Source: Gordius albopunctatus (taxonomy: Eukaryota). From it: a DNA stretch of 64,000 nt. This document shows, in pieces, positions 38,829 through 53,358 of this stretch. The number at the start of each line of letters is the position of its first letter. Positions within the stretch are counted from its first letter, which is position 1. A program made the position numbers and the translations under genes. The stretch lies in the NCBI GenBank assembly GCA_964276515.1, contig OZ193910.1:2604001-2668000 (forward strand). Reading direction: 5' to 3'. The notes below the pieces were generated by a model. The model ran no database searches. It saw only the letters and a program-made list of their open reading frames with translations, and was not told where the DNA came from.

Positions 38829-39540
38829 GCTGTTCTATTAAGACTCTTATTAACTTGCAAGAAATTGATTGCATATTTAGGGTCTGCAATGGTAACCTAG
38901 ATATACATAATTGTGGTTATAAGAAGGTATGTATAGCAAAATTACTATGAGGAATATCTGAATAAGATAATGTTTGGATTGAATTAATTGCTATAGCAGT
39001 ACTAGGAAGAGTATCAGAATGTGCTGTTTGAATTGAATTAATTTCTATAGCAGTAGATGTAGGATAACCTAAATAAACTATATGGTATCTATAGCAAAAT
39101 TACTATGAGGAATATCTGCATGTTCACATGTTAGATGGGAAATCCCATCTTCTGAATGTGATGTTTGAATGCAATTAATTTCTATAGCAGTAGATGTAGG
39201 ATAACCTGAAAAAGAATTAAGCATTTAAATTAAAAAATTACAATTATTAGATGAGTTTAAAATTGTAGATCAAATTGGTGTTGTTCTATTAAGACCTCTT
39301 ATTAGCTTGCAAGAAATTGATTGCATATTCAGGGTCTGCAATGGTGACCTAGATATACCTAATTGTGGTTATAAGTAAGTAAGTAAGTAAGTTTGCCGCG
39401 AAGACGCCCAAGAGCTTAGTTAGTGCAATCTAAGGTTGAGCCCCTTCTAACGCCAAATGGCGCATCAGGCCACGTTAGTGATAACGTGTGTAAGTAGGCT
39501 GTAAAAAAATCGTGGTTATAAGAAGGTATGTATTAACCAG
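38829..39540. repeat. Additional partial copies of the palindrome core
   Basis: ~38849-39145 is the reverse complement of ~37715-38012. The segment is repeated again at ~39280-39375. Confidence 0.8.
39376..39511 (-). mobile_element. Very short LINE 3' end insertion with (TTAC)n tail
   Basis: 11-bp TSD gtggttataag at 39365-39375 and 39512-39522; homologous to 5794-5900. Confidence 0.75.
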
Positions 39541-40455
39541 ATACTTTGTCTATTCGTTACATTATAAACAAAATGGTAGTTATCATAATAATACACGCAT
39601 GGAAAAGGTTACTGATTCTCACAATAACATTAATACAAATATGACATAAATAAAGCGATAAATTTAATATCAAATGTATTAAAAATTGGTTTATTGATAA
39701 TTTTTTTTACTCTAAGGCCTCGAGAAAATCACTTGTGCGATATATACTTTAATTATATTAATAGTTCGATAAAAGCTTCAATCAAATGTTAAAAATTAAT
39801 CAAGTAAAAACGAGAAGTTTCAACAACATCTGTAATACAATAATATCGAGGTTTATTAATATATGCTACATTTTAAAAAGACGTTCCTATAAAGATTTGT
39901 ATGTATGATGAACAATACAAGAGCCACTAACAAAATATATGTTACTTGTTTCACTAAATAGGATATCAGGTTAAATTGCAAAAAATGTAAATTTTAACAT
40001 CCTACTTATAACGTGTAATTATTATAATAATGCCTAATACACATCATTTCTTATCAGCTTAAAATAGATGAAAAACATAAACGGGTATCTACAACAATAA
40101 AACTGTACTAATAAATACATTCATAACAAATAGCGATTGCTTCCATCCAATTGATAGTAGTCGAAACAAAACAAAATAGCGAAAATAAAATAACATACAA
40201 AACGTGAAATGGGAACAATATTTTAATAAATATAAAGACATTTTAAAAATCTTTAACAAATATACAAGTTAATAATTCTTAAAATGTGGAATATTAAAAT
40301 CCACGATTTTTTGGCAACACATAGAGTAAATTTCAATAAATGGTGATTCATACTGTTATCGCAATGTTGTTTTACAACTGATTTTTCTCAACTGGAAGAT
40401 GCATACATCAAAATTAAAGTGTATTTTTTGGGTAATTTAACACTTATCTTCTTAT

Positions 40456-43400
40456 TCATTTGATGTTGGTCAATTTGTCTGTAGTGTCGGCGTTGGCATT
40501 ATTTAAAGTTATTTCGTACGCTCTTTTCTATGAGAAAAATCATAAAATTTAACAGTAAATCGCATTGAAACAATAATATAAATTCATATTGAAGTCTTAT
40601 AAATTTCACCAAATCTCATAACATTCACACACTAGAGTATTTAGCGTAAATAATCTTCAAAAAACCATATATTTATACTCTAAAAATACAGAAAGCGTAT
40701 AAATGATTTCAAATTGAATGTTACAAGACTAGCTGCACGTATATGCTATGTGATGTTGAATAGGCGCTTACCGCTTCACGGTGTTTGATGTTAACGTCTT
40801 CCCTCTTGAGCTTAGATTGTATGAAGACTAAAAAAATAAATATAAGACTTTAAAAAAGATTTAAAATCAAGTTTAATTCTCTTTAAAATTGAAGATAAAA
40901 CTTAAAAAGAGCGAATAAAGTTTTCATAATGTAATTTTGATGATAAAATTACTTGTTATGATAGTGCCCAAGAAAAGGGAAACGCATAGAAATATATTTC
41001 CGGCTTGAACGCTCACCGTTTCGATTAATTCACCCATACCGATGGTAAATATGATCCCAAACAGCTAAGTAACATTATAAAAATTTGCAAAATTAACAAT
41101 ACAAGCTTTTAAGCATGCCAATTTTTTTAAAACTTATAGTTATGATAAGATTAAGGTGGCTGTAAGCTTCTTTGGCACAGATAACAACACTCGAACTCAG
41201 AGTAAAATCGTTATCCCAAGCTAATTTTTCGCTGAAAAACGGTACAGTGTTTTTTAAATGAAATTTAAATCGTTAAGGCAGAAGATCACATTGGAAATCG
41301 TTAAATCCAATTTCCATACACTGATCAATGCCATCCGTTTAGTTATTATAGCGCGTTTTTATATCTTTCTTTTAGTCGTGAATATAATTTTTTCATACCA
41401 TTTAATAAGGTATAAAGGATTAAATAGCGAAACTCCTCGTTCAGCAGTCTATCTAAACTATTATAGAGCAAGAACACTTTGCAATGAAAAAACCGACCCA
41501 CATTGTTAGATTAGATTTTAAGTTTTACACAAGGATTAAAAAGTGAAAAATGTCGCTAAGATTTGAATGTTACTTGAGCTGACGCGTTTAAAAGACCGGA
41601 CGAGATACCGGCGGAATGGGGATACGTTATTTCTGTAGCAAATTCAAATCCCACTGGTAAATAACCGTTCATGAAGAATCTAATAAAAAAGATACCCCAT
41701 ATAAATTAGCAAGAGCGCTGAGACAAAAATTGACAAATAGCTCATAATATTAAATTATTTCACTCAATATTGCTAGAGAGTCCCCTCCAAATCCAAAAAT
41801 CTTTGATCGAAAAAAACATTTTTTGCCCTAAATAAACTGCCCCCCCCTCTAATTTAAATTGGCTACTCCCATGGGATTCCGTGTTTACATTATTTTTGAA
41901 GATGATTAATGAACTAAGATGGAAATAAAATTTAAATTTCCTTGGTAATTTAATATACATAAAATAGTTATAAATTAGAACATTATAAAAAACTTCTTTT
42001 ATAAATCTAATCGACTTTGGAACGGGCTTTAAACGGGCCATAAGTATATAGGCCCGGCCCGAGCCCGTTAGCTTATATTACGGCCCGTCCATGTCCGGTT
42101 CATTGCGACACGCGGGCCGGTCTCTATATCTAGTTAAACAATGAATTTATAAATTTTTGTATTACCCGAGTAGTCCTATGTTGAGAAACACGATCCATAG
42201 CTTGCGGAATTTGAGGGTAAAGGTAAAGGCAAGCATGAAAGCGAAGGCGCATACGTATATACCCAAGGTTGTCATTCTACAAATTTAGTAGGAAACCAGA
42301 AAAACATCATTTAAAATTATATCCATATAATTTACAAATATAAATTATTATTTATTTTAAATGTATACAATCAAATTTATTTGGTAATGCACATTAGAGA
42401 TCTGCCACGGGCCATATTTAGAAGGACGGCCCGTCCGAGCCCCCCCCCCTGAAAACTACTATGCCCGCCCAAGGCCGTCCATGATTTTTTTACGTACTTC
42501 ATGCAGATCTTTTTTAAATTGTGCGTTTATTGATTAACGTGGAACAAATGACATAAAAATTCCAAAATTTTGCAATGGATTCACATAAAAACTGAGGCTA
42601 AAAATTGAAACATGTAATGATATTACAAAAAGGATTTTTAAAAACTTGAAAGTTTTAGTTCTATCCAGCCAAACACCTGCTATAACCGAACCGAGTAACC
42701 CTGCTAAAACCATGGTTAAACCGATACGACCAGCGTTGAGTTCTTCATTCTAATTCAGCAACATTAAAATTTCATTATTAAAAATGATTTAAAAACTATT
42801 TCCTAAACAATATATGAATATTTACAAGTTTGCCTCCAAGTTAAATTTAAATTAAAATTTTTCTCATAATTAAAATGCATTATTTCATATTAATATACTT
42901 ACTGCTATTTTAAAGTGATATTTTTATTTTGGAGATGCGAACAGTTATTATAACACTTTAATGAAGTCTTTTAAAAGGCTTAAACTAGCCCCGACCTTAC
43001 ACTAACTCCAGCAAAATTTTCCAAATATATTAAGGAACAAAAAAGGAAGAAGAGTTTTTTGTTAGTTTTTCAAAGGTTGGTTTCGTTATTACTTCTTTGT
43101 TACAATTTAACTTTATAAAGCGCCAACCACTTAGTATAAAGATGATAGATTAAAATACACTGGCTAGACAATAAAAAAGTTTGTAGAAAACACATTTTTC
43201 TGTTATTTTGCGGTTGTGGCGCCGGTAATTACTACTATCACACCAATTATCATCATCATCACTATTCCATAATTGTCATCAGTTTTCAAGGTTGGACATT
43301 TCGTAATGGAGTCCCTAGTTAGCTTCCATCCGCCGCAATTACATTGTCGCCACGTTTAATTGCTGTTTACCATAAAAAGCGGTTGCACTCACCAGAGGAA

Positions 43401-46400
43401 AAAAGATAAAATTGGCACGCGAAGGCGCTAAAAGCCGTAAAGCTCCTTTCAATTTTGCGATGAAAATTTGGGAAATTCAACTCCTCCCACAGTTACACGA
43501 CGTAGCTTTTAGGTCCAAAATATGCGTGTAGTATACTTCGTATTGATTGCTATGCAATTTACGGGCTCGCTTTTGTCACTCTCCGTCCTTGTCCTGTCCA
43601 GCTTGTAATTTCAAATAATCTAAAGTTGCTTCTTTAAATTGAAATTAAAACTTGGTCCTCCTCCATTGCTTATAATGTGCAAATTTTATAATACGTAACC
43701 CAAAAGCGAACCTCAAGGATGTATATCTCTCAAAAAGTCATAAATATAGGGAGAATGAATAGGGGGGTAAAAGGGGTTGCTTTCAATAACAACCTCTTTT
43801 CACGTCAAAAGAAAATCAATATACCCTTTATAAATAATAATTTAATATTTTCCATCTTAGCTTACGGGGGACCAGATAGGTGAGTTGAGAAGCATTAAGA
43901 AAAAGTCACGAATATATAAAATTGTCCCTTTGTAAAAGTCCTGTACCAGTTAATTAAACCTATATCTATAAACAAAGACCAAGTATTCTGTGGAAAAATT
44001 ACAAAAGGTAGAGAAATTAAACATAAATATAGTCAAAAAGTCACGGAGTAATCTCAATTTTTCGGGTAAATTATAAAAATTGAGCTACATAATCCCTGGG
44101 AAATTTTATAGTAAAGTATCTTTCACCTAATATTTATTAATTAAGCTAAAAAACGCCCTTTTAAATGTATCTATCTGTTGTTCCCTCTTAAATAAGATTA
44201 AATGTCCAAGTGAAAGGTCTCTTGGGGAATGCGGCTTTCGTCTTTAAACAACGTTCCGTTATAATAAAAAAAGCACTCTAAATTAAGGAGATAAACTAGT
44301 TTTGAATTAATTTACTTTCAAGTCTTTACTTAAATTAAGAAGGTTTTTTAGAAATGGATTTTGACATTGTACAACAATTTTATTGATTAAAGTTAAAATA
44401 AAGCCTTAATAAAAACGGGATTTGGGCGAGGGCTAATAATCAAAGCCAAGCAGCGGTCATTAGCTAGTCTATATGCGAAAGAAAACTAAAAGTCTTCCGC
44501 CATTAAAAACTCTTATTAGTCCAGTCGCCATTTTGAATAGTTACAAGTCGAACAGGATGGATGGACGGACAGACAGGACATCCAAAAGCTACCCCATAAA
44601 TTGCATAGTCATTAATTGCCGATTTTACCAACTTCCGTGTGTGTCGTACATTTCGAAATAACCGATTAAAAGAGTCACAAAAATTTACAATATTAGCTCT
44701 AATGAAAAATTTACCAAAAACACGCACCATATACAAGTAGGCGCGAATTCACTCAAAATTAAGTATATAGAGATAGCTTAAATTCGCAATATTTCAACCA
44801 TGGGCGTAGTCAAGATTTGGAATTAGAGGGGGGGGGGGGCGGAATAATCATTTTAAGAAATTCTAGCCGTAATTTTAACAATTTTCAACAAATTCTGGGA
44901 CTTATCCTTGGGTACGCCCATGATTTCAGGGAAAAAGGCTCATTAGCAATTATTGATTTGAGTCCTGGCTCATTTATAGTACAACAACAACAACAAAAAA
45001 ACATTTGATGCGCTTACGGGGAAATAGGTCAGAACGACTTGATTGAGTAGCGTGGAAACAGCGTAAAAGTTGCCGGTCAATATGCCTAAAGAAACATGAT
45101 AAATAACGAAAAAAGCATCGGTGAAAATTAATTATACAATTGCTACCCCAAGCGATATATCAATTAGCAAGTATAAATAAATGTATGAATTTGGTATATA
45201 AATACAGCGAAACTTATCATCATATCATCATCATCATTTTAATGTATAATAGCAAATATAGCATAAAAAGAATTCCTAGTAGTGTTGTAAAAACGGTTGA
45301 ATTTTATTTGGTTGCCCTTTGCTTGGTTCTTAGCGTTAGCACCCAAACATAGACAGACCCAAGGTTTTTCGTAATCGAAATCTAGCGATGACGGTGGACA
45401 AAACGAAATCGCCTCTTTTTACAACACTAATCCCTATACTAGCCTAATTTTAAATTTGTTATTAAAACTGGATTAATAGTTGCAGGGCTAGGCTTACCTC
45501 AATTTCAAAGGTCTGTTTTAAAATTGAATGGCTGGGGTCAAAATGACCCCATTAATGGGTATCCATCCAAGATGAATGTACAACGCAGTGTTGCGAAAAG
45601 GCCTGGGTGATTAGTCGACCTTTAATGTTAGTCGTCGACTTAACATAAACAAATCAACGGTTTTTTGGTCTTTTTTTTCCAAATCGAACGCCCTATGCTT
45701 AGTCCGAAATTGTAAAACAGACCAGAGTAAACCGTTAGTCTTGGTTGAACTCAAAGGTTGACCAAACAAAAGCAAACCGTTTTCACATCACTAATTCCTA
45801 TAATTTTAATTTGTTAAAATAAAAACTTAATCGATAATAGCAAGTTTAGGCTTAACTAAATCTTAAAAGTTCGTTTTAAAATTGAATGACAAAATGACCC
45901 TCTAGATCTTGTTCCAACAACCTACCATAAGTCAAAAAGAGGAGCAAAAAATTGCGACTTTTCATCATGTAAGCCAGGGAGTGCTTGAATTGGATGGCCT
46001 TGTAATCGTCATTTGATCCTAAAGCCATTTCGGCTGGTGACGGTGGCTTTTTGGGCCCGTTTTTATACACTGAAAACGCATGCATAATCATATAAAACAG
46101 CCATAAAACAGATGTGATTTCGCATGTTAGTTTAGATGCTGAGACGCAAAGTTTTTAATATTTGTGGGAGAAAATAATAAACAAATAACATTATTTAAAT
46201 GGATAAAATAGAAATATTATGCTTAATGTACGTATGAAACGTTGGCCGTTTGAAATAACGCAAGTTTTAACGCTAATTTATGTTCGGTAGTTCTTCTAAG
46301 CACTTCCTGAACCAACCAGAGTCAATTTTATTGGCAGCAGCTGGTATAAACAGCAACTCGCTTATTTTTCAAAGTAGATTTACAAAAATCTAATTTGTGA

Positions 46401-49400
46401 TACATTCAAAAATGATAAAGTATGATTGCCCAGACCTTTTTTTGATATAAAAATCTAAGCCCGTCTTCGGCAAAAATACTAATTCACAAACGGCAAATTC
46501 CAACTCGTCAATTTTTTAACCCTACGAACTAATTGTAGTAGTAGAGGCCGTTATCAATTTTTTCCTATAATTTTAGTCTATCGTTCTAATAAATTTTGTG
46601 TCATAGCATAGGAGAGGCAAGGATGGGGGGCACCTGCCCCTCAAATCTAAATTTTCACATGCTTTTAATATAATTATAATTTTATATAAAAAAATCTCAA
46701 TGTTAAATTAGCCCAATCCAAGTTAAAAATTATCATATTTTTTCAAAACTTTGCTGTAATAACAACAACAACAACTAACCAAAGGTTATGAGACCAAAAA
46801 TGGCAGTTGATATTATGGCGATAGTGTAAAACATGGTTTTGAGGCCGTATGCTATTTCCTTGATAGATCCGTTCGGTACCATGATGGGTGGAATTAGAAA
46901 ACCCAGCGCTACACCTACCTTCGTGTGAAAACCAGCAAAATGGAAAAAATTTATAATTAATATAATTTCATTTTGAAAGTGAATAAAGTATATCATTTTA
47001 AAATATTCTGTGTAGTATTTTAAACTGGAACTCAAAATGGGTAAAGATTGTATTAAATTGCCCTTTTAAAGAAATAGACAGACGATCTCTTCCTTCTAAC
47101 TATTATCTAGTGTTGTTAAATTGCTAACTTGCTTCAAACTCCAAACGCGAGCACGCACACTGAGTTGCTTCATATGCGCGTTGGCACAATATGTGCCCGC
47201 TGTTCGGTGCAGTAGGCAGAGCAGTAGCATATAAAAATGCTCGAGGGCCGAGCAGAAACTTGAGCAGATGGTAGCTGGAGTTGAAGAAAGTTAGCAATTT
47301 AACAACTCTACTATTATCACACATTTCTACCAAAACAATCAATTGCGATTTCGATTGAGAAATTCAATTTTAAATCCTTTCTGAATTCTTGGTCTTCCTT
47401 AGAGGAGGAAAACGAAGATATAATATTAGTCACACATCGCTCTTATTTAATTTTTTTTAAATATAATATTATATATTTGCATTACACATTTTACCGTATA
47501 ATAATAATTAGCCATATATAAATAAACTTTTTATTTAAAAAAAAGAAGCTTTACATCATGGGGAAAATTATGTGACCATACATAATACATATTATAGCCA
47601 TTTCCCATATACTTTGATCATAAAATTATCCAGCTAAAAGGATATATGTATGTATAATAATTTGTATCATAACACCAAAATTTAGTTTTTAAATGCACCG
47701 GTAAAATGAATAAATGAATGGGTCACATGAAATTAATCCCTGCAAAACCTATGTATAAATTGTCAATCCTAATCAATAAGCAAGTACTCATTTAAGGGCA
47801 CGCAATGTATTCCCAGGGGTAGGGGCGACCACCGCCCACTAAGTCACGTGTCAGTTAAACAATATAAATAATGTTTTTTCCTATTTAAAATATCATGAGG
47901 ATAATGAGAAAGCGAGCAACTAGTTTAACACAGCCGCCAATCACAAAAAAGGCATATTTTTGTGAAATCTTTTATTTTTATTGTAATCTACGGTAAGGAA
48001 GGCCTAAATATTAATAATTATTATTATTTAAAAGTCAGAATTTAACTTTTTTATATAGACTTAATTTATCCGAAATGTATGAAGTCGTTTAATATCTATA
48101 ATTGAATCGAAATGTCATTAGATCCTCCATATCAAATCTGTATAAGAAGTAATTTAAATTTTAATCCTTAGTACTCAATCAAAAATTTAAACTTTTATAA
48201 GCGATTTTTCAAGTTTATTAAGCCTAATTAGGCTAAACAACGGAAAACGGTTAACATATTTTTAGGGATTTTTTTGTTGTTGTCAACTCTAATTTATTTT
48301 TCGTTATTAGAGATCTGCACGGGCAGACCCGGCCTGCGGGCGGAGCCCGGACGGGCTTTACAATTAATGGAACGGCCTCGGGCGTGCCTGAGATTTTATG
48401 AACGGGCGAGAGATTATATAAACGGTCATGGATTACAAAGGTTCCTAAAAGTCAGACAAATATCTAAACATATGATTTTTATTAAGTATATAGATTATTA
48501 ATTGGTCTATTTTTTAACCTCTTCTAATTTTTGTATATCCTGCCCGCTGTTCGGTGCACTAGGCAGAGCAGTAGCATATAAAAATGCTCGAGGGCCGAGC
48601 AGAAACTCTAGAAGATGGTAGCTGGAGTTGAAGAAAATTAGCAATTTAACAACTTTATGTATGCTTATGTTGATATAGTTTTATAATGTATGTGAGTATG
48701 ATTTATTAGGAGGGGTGAGTTGTTAGGTTAGGAGAAAGGGAGACTTGAATCAAGAAGGCGGCCGTCCCCTACATAATTTTTCAGTATTGTTATTACAGAC
48801 TAATCGAATGTTTGAAAAAACCCTTTTTTAGCCAAGAGTTTAACACTTTGGCCAAAAAGGCCCTTTCGTTTTTAAATTCAAAATTTGAACTTGATATTAT
48901 TCATAAATTTCCAAAGTATCGAAATTTAATAATGCTGTCTCGCTATGAATTGGATGACATTTGTCATCATATACGAAATTTAATAATTATGGAGGAAAGG
49001 ATTAAGGCTAATCCTCCAGTTAATACAGTTACGCCTAGTATAGCCTTCGAGCATGGTAATTTTTTAATCTGCATAAGCACTCATTATTTTTCACGATAAT
49101 ATAATGGAGGAAGAATTTTTAGATTTTAGTAGTTGGGAAGAGTCCAGAATAGATAACGAAGCTGAGGAAGATGAATTACATAAATATTTAAATACGAGTT
49201 ATATGGATGGTATGGAAGTTTTGGAATGGTGGAAGATGCATCAGAGTGAATTTCCTTGTTTGAGGCATTTGGCTAGAAAGTATTTGGCAATACCTGCTAC
49301 ATCAGCTAGCAGTGAGCGAGCCTTTTCTACAGCTGGGCGAGCTTACGAAGAGAGAATGACTTCGTTAAAACCCGAGAAATTAGACTCCACTTTATTTATT

Positions 49401-51422
49401 TACCATAATTATTCATATCTTAAATCACATAATATTCGCGATACGTAATATATTTATAAATAAATTTTTGAAATAAAATTTGTACAAATTTAAATTTTTA
49501 CAAAAGTCGGGCCGGGCTCGGGCTCGGGTCGGGCAAAAAATAAAAAAAAGTTTCGGACTCGGGTCGAGCCGATAAAATTCAATTTTGCAGGACTCTAGTA
49601 CGGGCGGCCCGACCTTCTAAAAACGGCCCTCGAGTTTTAAAAATGAGCGTTTTGCCCCATTTTAAAGGCCTACTATACTAAAAAAAAACAAATCGACAAA
49701 AATTAAAAAAACATCTCTTTATGGCAAAACAAATATAGAATAAGTTTCAAAAAAGTAGGGAGTAAGTGAAATTTTAAGATATATTTAAAAATTAATTATT
49801 TTAGGTGAAAAATTGTTTTTGCGCGAACTTGCTCTAAATTTGTTTTACCACGAGGAATTATTTTTAAATTTTTGTCGATTTGTTTTCTCGGTACACCCCT
49901 AAAATGGGGCGAAAAAGCTCATTTTCGTAACTTAAACTCACTTATTTTAAAAACTTGACGGATAGGAAAATATATGTTAATGTTCACCACACAAAAAAAC
50001 TCTATAAAAATTTGTTAACAGTTTTCCATTTCCTTTTGTTTTGTAGACGCGTTAAATTAATGGGCATCAGTTAAGCAATCAAATTATTTGACAATTTTAT
50101 TATTTAATTTAAAATTAAACTATCACAAACTAGTAATAATTTAACGTTTTAAGTTTCCAAATCAATTTGAACAAAAAAAAGAGTAAAATCTAAAATCAGA
50201 CGAGTGAATTTGAAAATAATAATATATATATTATAATATATAAAAAATGTAGCATGAACGTACATAAATAATAAAGCAATCCAATTATATAATTACAAAA
50301 ATCAATAAATAATTGTGGTATATTTGCAGTAGAAAAATCAATAATTTATGAATAAAAAGATGAAAGATTGAGGAATGAATATAATTATTGGGTCAAAAAC
50401 TAATAAAAAAAGGTTGATGATTATATGTTGCCCTCTAATCAATCTCAATAGGATCTGGCACTTGAAAAATTATAAAAGCCTTGTATAAACCCCTTCATTA
50501 AATATACAATGAAGATGAATGTTCATATTTATGCATAAGGCATTATTGATTTTACATTAGAAAATTAGGTAGTGATGATTAATTTAAATTTTATAAAGGT
50601 TAACATTTAAGTAATAAATTAAAAACTGATATTGTATTTAATTTATAAACTAAATAAATTTAACAAATAATAATTTTTTTATGAATTCAATAATTAGGTT
50701 AAAAAATTAAAAAAAAATAATTGGCTCAATACATGAAAATAAACTAAAAATATTAGTCTAATTATATTGCAACCATAAAAATATTCTATAATAAATACAT
50801 TTATTATAAATGAACTGTAGATTATAAATTTAGTTAAGGCATTTTCAAAATAAATTTTAAAAATTATGTGAGATCATACTTCATTTCCAAAAACTCCTAA
50901 GGCACAAGCTGTTGATACTTCATTTGGACCAAACCAAGTTGCAGCTAATTTTGATGGTATATTAAGGACAAATAATTGTGCCAAAGCACAAAATGTTTGA
51001 CCCATAAATGTGAGCCAAAATAAATGCTGTTTGACACTTGCACATTTTATCCAAGCCCCTAAAGCATTAAGAAAAGCTCCCAAAATAGCAGTCTCCTTAA
51101 GGCCCCTAGCATTTAATACCCAAGATGCTGGGATGATAAATGGAATGTAGGCAGCCATGTATATCATAGATAACCAGTCAATTACTCTAGGTGAGCGCTG
51201 ATAAAATCGTGATATTATATTTGTTATAATAGAATATTCGATCCATTGAAATGCGTTTATCATGGAGTAAAGACAAAATATTAACAAAATCCAATGCCGT
51301 CGTTTATAAAGTTTTGTGTCATCTGGATTATGAGTAACATTTGTTTCAGCTATTTTATCAAGTTCAGAATTGCCATTGAGTGGTTCCTTTATATTATTTT
51401 GATCGTTCTTCATGGCTAACAT
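40456..51422 (-). CDS. FLVCR: FLVCR1/2-family (SLC49) MFS choline/ethanolamine/heme transporter, 10 exons
   Basis: Exons 51422-50880, 46918-46780, 46069-45926, 45085-45018, 42749-42646, 42276-42166, 41679-41574, 41064-40953, 40827-40772 and 40527-40456; all GT-AG and in phase. Motifs [63 protein letters not shown] and [10 protein letters not shown]. Confidence 0.95.
43500..44760. mobile_element. Helitron/Helentron-like non-autonomous repeats (two, oppositely oriented) in a FLVCR intron
   Basis: Shared ctatgcaattta.ggg..gctttt followed by a (ctgtcc)-type microsatellite. A CTAG 3'-like end lies at ~44463-44466. Confidence 0.4.
47108..47310. mobile_element. hAT-family MITE
   Basis: ~35-bp TIRs tagtgttgttaaattgctaactt..., perfect 8-bp TSD ctattatc (47100-47107 and 47311-47318). 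A partial copy lies at 48541-48655. Confidence 0.88.
48308..49597 (+). mobile_element. Internally deleted hAT transposon retaining the C-terminal dimerization domain
   Basis: Ends TAGAGATCTGCA and TGCAGGACTCTA with GC-rich gggcc subterminal repeats. ORF 49104-49448 reads [39 protein letters not shown]. No TSD was seen. Confidence 0.85.
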
Positions 51423-52945
51423 TTTTTTCTAAAAAATCATATAATTGAAATTTTAAAATTATAGCATCTCCGCATTTGGTTACATTTATAAAACGAAATT
51501 TTTTGTAACACCTAGTTTATATTGTCAAGTTTGTTAAAACTAGCATATTTATAAATTATTTTTGCTATACACTATACATATATGGTATAAAACCATATAT
51601 TGCTTTGCGTTTACTGTTTACTTCTAGATAAAAATAACTTATTCCAATTTTAATAAGATTGCCTGTATTGTAATATTTATGGTATTTTTTCTCAACCACA
51701 AATTTCTCAAGTAGATTTTGAGCTAGGGGCATTAGTTGGATTGAAATGTGTTTTCCCTCACATTAAAATAAAAGATAAATATAGATGATAAAAATATATA
51801 ATGTTTTATTAGGTTGTTATTTTCACTACTGTCAATTATTTAAAAAAGCTAAGTCAATTGGTGTAGCCATTGACTATAAAGTCGATAAAGTTATTCATAT
51901 AATCTTGAGAAACTTTATGACATCACCTTACTAAAAGGAAGAAGGTATAAAAATACAACATCTATGTTAAGTGGATAAGTCAAAAAATATTAATGACTCT
52001 CTTTAGACGTAATATGGAGTATATTAAAGATACATGAGTCGGTGATAAAGCTAGATCTAAGTATAAAATGTAGGGAAGATTTGATATGGAGAATTATCCA
52101 AGAACTAATAATCACATAGAAGGGTTTCATAAAAAATTAAAAAATCTTATAAAAATTTAGATCATGAAAAGATTCAGCTATCTGCTATTTTAAAAAATAA
52201 AGGGTCACTTTGACATACATGGAAACCTGCACGTGCGGCTCGAGGTCCGGCCCGGAAAAGCCCGGGCCCGGAAACGCCCGGGCTCTAAATTTTGAAACTT
52301 TAAATTTCCGGGCCGGGCCGGGCCGTGCCGGGCCGTGCCGGGCGTTATTCATATAATATAGACCTGGCCCGGAATAATTTACAAATAAATAATTTATGAG
52401 TAGTAGCCTAGGTAGTTCTTTGTTCTTTTTAAAACAATAATTACAATAAATTAATTAATTACAAGTTATTGATTCATTCATTTTGCGCTTTTTCTAATAT
52501 ACAAACAATTGAGTATGGAAAAAAAATCTACTCTTAATTGCTGAAAAAATTTAGAAATAATTTTATAAATTAAAGTAAATTGACACCTACATAAAGTTAA
52601 AGATCCACGAGGAAAAATAGAAATATTGGAATGGTGGAAAGTACACCTCTGGGAAATATTCGGTTCGAGATTAGATTCGGAGTCCCCTCAAAATTCCGAA
52701 TCAAATCCGAATTCGAATCCTTAGTCTGAATTTCGACTCGAATATTTACCTGACGAGATTCGAAAATCAGAATTGAATCTTTAAAAAGGGATTCGAGAAA
52801 TTATTTATACTTTATAGTTATTTCAAAAATACACAACACGAAAATAATTAAGCTGTTTTCATCTTTCCTCAAATTAGTTATTTTCTCCGATCACTAAATT
52901 TAAATTTTATAAGCATATCCAAAATAGAAAAATATCACTTTACAT

Positions 52946-53115
52946 CATGGGCGTAGCCAGGAGGGGGTCCGCCCCCCCCCTCTAAATTGCGGGAAAAAAA
53001 ATTTAAATGCAAAAACCCTTAAAAATTAAAAAAATTACGTTTTGCCCCCACTCCCCTAATTGAAATTTTGAACGTTTTGCCCCCCCCCCTAATCCAAAAC
53101 CTGGCTACGCCCATG
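52946..53115. mobile_element. hAT MITE; related copies near 18.2, 19.6, 44.8, 61.5 and 62.8 kb
   Basis: 16-bp TIR catgggcgtagccagg and 8-bp TSD ctttacat (52938-52945 and 53116-53123). Confidence 0.9.
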
Positions 53116-53231
53116 CTTTACATAGAGTATGGGGTTCAACCTCAAAAAAAATTCCAATAATTTTGCTCACACATTAGGTCAACTATTATTTAATGTTTAT
53201 TTTTATTTTTTGTACTTATCCATTAAACTAT

Positions 53232-53358
53232 CTTTTTTCTTGTAAAATCCTGTTTGAAACTATCATAGTTTTGGAGTTGATTTTTATAGCCGGTTTCCGA
53301 CCTGACGCCAACTCTCCACTTTTTGCACACGGACTTGGGACCGTCGTAGGTAGTGTTT
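53232..53358 (-). mobile_element. ~127-bp retroposed 5' end of the RTE element, headed by a twister ribozyme core
   Basis: Near-identical to 2241-2366. Flanked by TSD tccattaaactat (53219-53231 and 53358-53370). Ends in A-rich aagaaaaaag. Confidence 0.85.
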
